Positions 62,664 through 64,000 of a stretch of 64,000 nt of DNA are shown piece by piece; position 1 is the stretch's first letter, and every line of letters begins with the position of its first letter. The position numbers were made by a program, and so were the translations under genes. This stretch comes from Chlamydiia bacterium (lineage in GTDB: Bacteria > Chlamydiota > Chlamydiia > Chlamydiales > 2-12-FULL-49-11), in NCBI GenBank assembly GCA_044359535.1, contig JBIKLZ010000003.1, positions 21,290-85,289 on the forward strand. The letters run 5' to 3'. The notes under the pieces are model-generated. The model saw only the letters and a program-made list of their open reading frames with translations. It had not been told where the DNA came from and made no database searches.

Positions 62664-63842
62664 CTAGAGTAAACTTGAAACATCTGTTAAAGGGATTAAA
62701 ACAGCAAGGAGAACAACCCCTACAATCAAACCAATCAGTAACAGGAGAATAGGTTGCAATAAAGCGGTAAATTTTTCAAGTGCTGTTTGTACTTCTTCAT
62801 GAAAAAGGGATGTAATATGTCTTAAAATTGGGGCAAGAGCCCCTGCATGCTCCCCTGTGGAGATCATTTTTGATACTAGGAGAGGAAAATGGGTTGAAAC
62901 TTGAAGGGCTTTGGAAAAAAGTTCCCCTTCCCTTACTAAGACAAGGACTTTATCGATATCCTTTTCAAGATAGGGGTGGTTTAAAGACCCTTTTGATAAT
63001 TCTAAGGCTGTAAGAATAGGGACTGTGTTGTCTAATAAGTTATAAAGGCTTGTTGTAAATCTAACAATTGCTATTTTAGTTGTAAGATCTTTAATTATCC
63101 TTATCTTATAAAAAAATTTTTTTATTGAATTTCTACTTTGTTTGTTCTTTATAGAGAGAAAAACTCCAAGGGCACTTAAGAGAAATGTACCTAATAGTTC
63201 AGGAATATGGGAGGTCATAAAATGACTGATAGTAAGGACTGCATGGGTAAGGGGGTGAAGAGTTCTCCCTTCAAAAAGCTCTCCCATTGAGGGGATGATA
63301 AAAAGAAACAACCCAAATAGGATGAAAAAGGCAAATGAAAGGAGGAAGGATGGATACAAAAGGGTATCTCTAATTTTTTTATTCCATTTTTCATTTGTTT
63401 CAATCATTGTGGAAATTTCAAAAAACGCTTTATCTAAGCGACCGCTTTGTTCCGCTGATTTGATCATCGAAACGTAGATGGGATTAAAGGTCGAAGTATA
63501 TTGAGAGATAATAGAAGAAAGAGCCTTTCCATATTTTACATTATCGGAAAAATCCAAGATCATTGGGTAGGCTTTTGTGTTTTTGTACTTATCTTCAAGG
63601 GTTATAAGGCTTTCATATAAAGGAAGATTTGAATGTAAAAGGTAATAAAGATCCTTTGTGATAGATAAAACAATTTTTGCATTGAGGGTGAACTGTTTTC
63701 TAAAGGAAGTGTGTTCAGAGATATTTGTAGCAAGAAGTTTTAAAGCATTGAGTTTTTTTTTCGCCTGTTCAAGGTTTTCTGCATCGATAAAGCGGTACCC
63801 TTTTCTTTTAAAATTCAGTTCTTTATAGCGGAAAATGGCCAT
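62664..63842 (-). CDS. gspF: type II secretion inner-membrane platform protein GspF
   Basis: 392 aa. Two GspF-type cytoplasmic domains and three TM segments. N-terminus MAIFRYKELNFKRKGYRFIDAENLEQAKKKL. The ATG shares one base with the gspE stop (TAATG). Confidence 0.9.
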   Translation of the reverse strand: MAIFRYKELNFKRKGYRFIDAENLEQAKKKLNALKLLATNISEHTSFRKQFTLNAKIVLSITKDLYYLLHSNLPLYESLITLEDKYKNTKAYPMILDFSDNVKYGKALSSIISQYTSTFNPIYVSMIKSAEQSGRLDKAFFEISTMIETNEKWNKKIRDTLLYPSFLLSFAFFILFGLFLFIIPSMGELFEGRTLHPLTHAVLTISHFMTSHIPELLGTFLLSALGVFLSIKNKQSRNSIKKFFYKIRIIKDLTTKIAIVRFTTSLYNLLDNTVPILTALELSKGSLNHPYLEKDIDKVLVLVREGELFSKALQVSTHFPLLVSKMISTGEHAGALAPILRHITSLFHEEVQTALEKFTALLQPILLLLIGLIVGVVLLAVLIPLTDVSSLL

Positions 63843-64000
63843 TAATAGTCCTCAGGAAGAGAGGTGACACGTCTAATTTCATCAAGGGTTGTTATCCCTT
63901 TATCGACATAGTACAATCCATCCTCATAAAGGGTTTTCATCCCTTCTTGCCGAGCAATTTCAGTAAGGGTCATTGCATCAACAGAGGAGGTGATTGCCTT
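63842..64000 (-). CDS. gspE: type II secretion ATPase GspE, C-terminal 52 codons (continues past the right edge)
   Basis: Hand translation: KAITSSVDAMTLTEIARQEGMKTLYEDGLYYVDKGITTLDEIRRVTSLPEDY*. This is the typical GspE/PilB C-terminal tail (G.TT..E..RV). Confidence 0.8.
   Translation of the reverse strand, partial: KAITSSVDAMTLTEIARQEGMKTLYEDGLYYVDKGITTLDEIRRVTSLPEDY

Noticed and set aside
1-64000. Search for CRISPR arrays, IS elements/transposases, integrases, phage genes, toxin-antitoxin pairs, restriction-modification systems or other recognisable defence systems.
   Set aside because: No spaced direct-repeat array and no ORF with transposase, integrase, phage, nuclease-methylase or TA signatures was seen. 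The small SAM methyltransferase at 58043-58591 has no nuclease partner. YwqK-like MORN proteins here are exported repeat proteins, not antitoxins.

Overview
No tools were used. Calls rest on reading the supplied translations and hand-counting motifs, so hand-derived coordinates may be off by a base or two.

The window is a gene-dense, low-GC chromosomal segment with about 60 CDS and one tRNA. It comes from a member of the phylum Chlamydiota, probably an environmental (amoeba-associated type) lineage rather than Chlamydia proper. Lineage markers visible in the translations:
- topoisomerase I fused to a C-terminal SWIB domain
- a 714-aa GreA with a long N-terminal extension
- a 543-aa long-form ThyX
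- a pGP6-D/CT583-like protein next to thrS
- two TLC/NTT-family nucleotide-transporter homologues
- MOMP-like porin candidates
- a minimal gspE-gspF-gspG type II secretion cluster
- uvrD-rpoN, rpoD-rpsT and greA/aspC-mreC neighbourhoods, which I recall from C. trachomatis

Housekeeping content: thrS, ung, ispA, recA, glk, dus, yggT, 5-formyl-THF cyclo-ligase, rdgB, thyX, greA, uvrB, topA, uvrD, rpoN, rpsT, rpoD, tRNA-Ala(GGC), aspC, mreC, mutY.

Accessory content is dominated by paralogue pairs: two rpoD, two NTT-like, two tyrP-like, two MOMP-like, two or three Sel1-repeat proteins, two MORN-repeat proteins, and a GT2 plus a degenerate GT2. It also includes envelope and exported functions. No CRISPR array, IS element, integrase or prophage gene was seen.

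Observations most worth follow-up:
1. A tandem duplication of the primary sigma factor. The upstream copy carries Gln at the residue equivalent to E. coli sigma70 T440, which reads position -12 of the -10 element.
2. An overlapping operon whose order and architecture resemble PilM-PilN fusion (GspL-like) / PilO (GspM-like) / lipoprotein. It could be the unrecognised inner-membrane platform of the chlamydial T2SS.
3. A LysR regulator divergent from one of two NTT-like transporter paralogues, with a perfect dyad over the shared promoter region.
4. Four 8-nt G/C homopolymer tracts inside CDSs (a glycosyltransferase-like gene, a TpsB gene, an OppA-like gene and a YacP-like gene) that are candidate phase-variation sites.
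5. An orphan TpsB, a PagL-like barrel with Asn in place of the catalytic His, a pseudo-glycosyltransferase, and a mutY whose conserved N-terminus lies upstream of the first ATG, behind AAGGAG plus an ATT codon.
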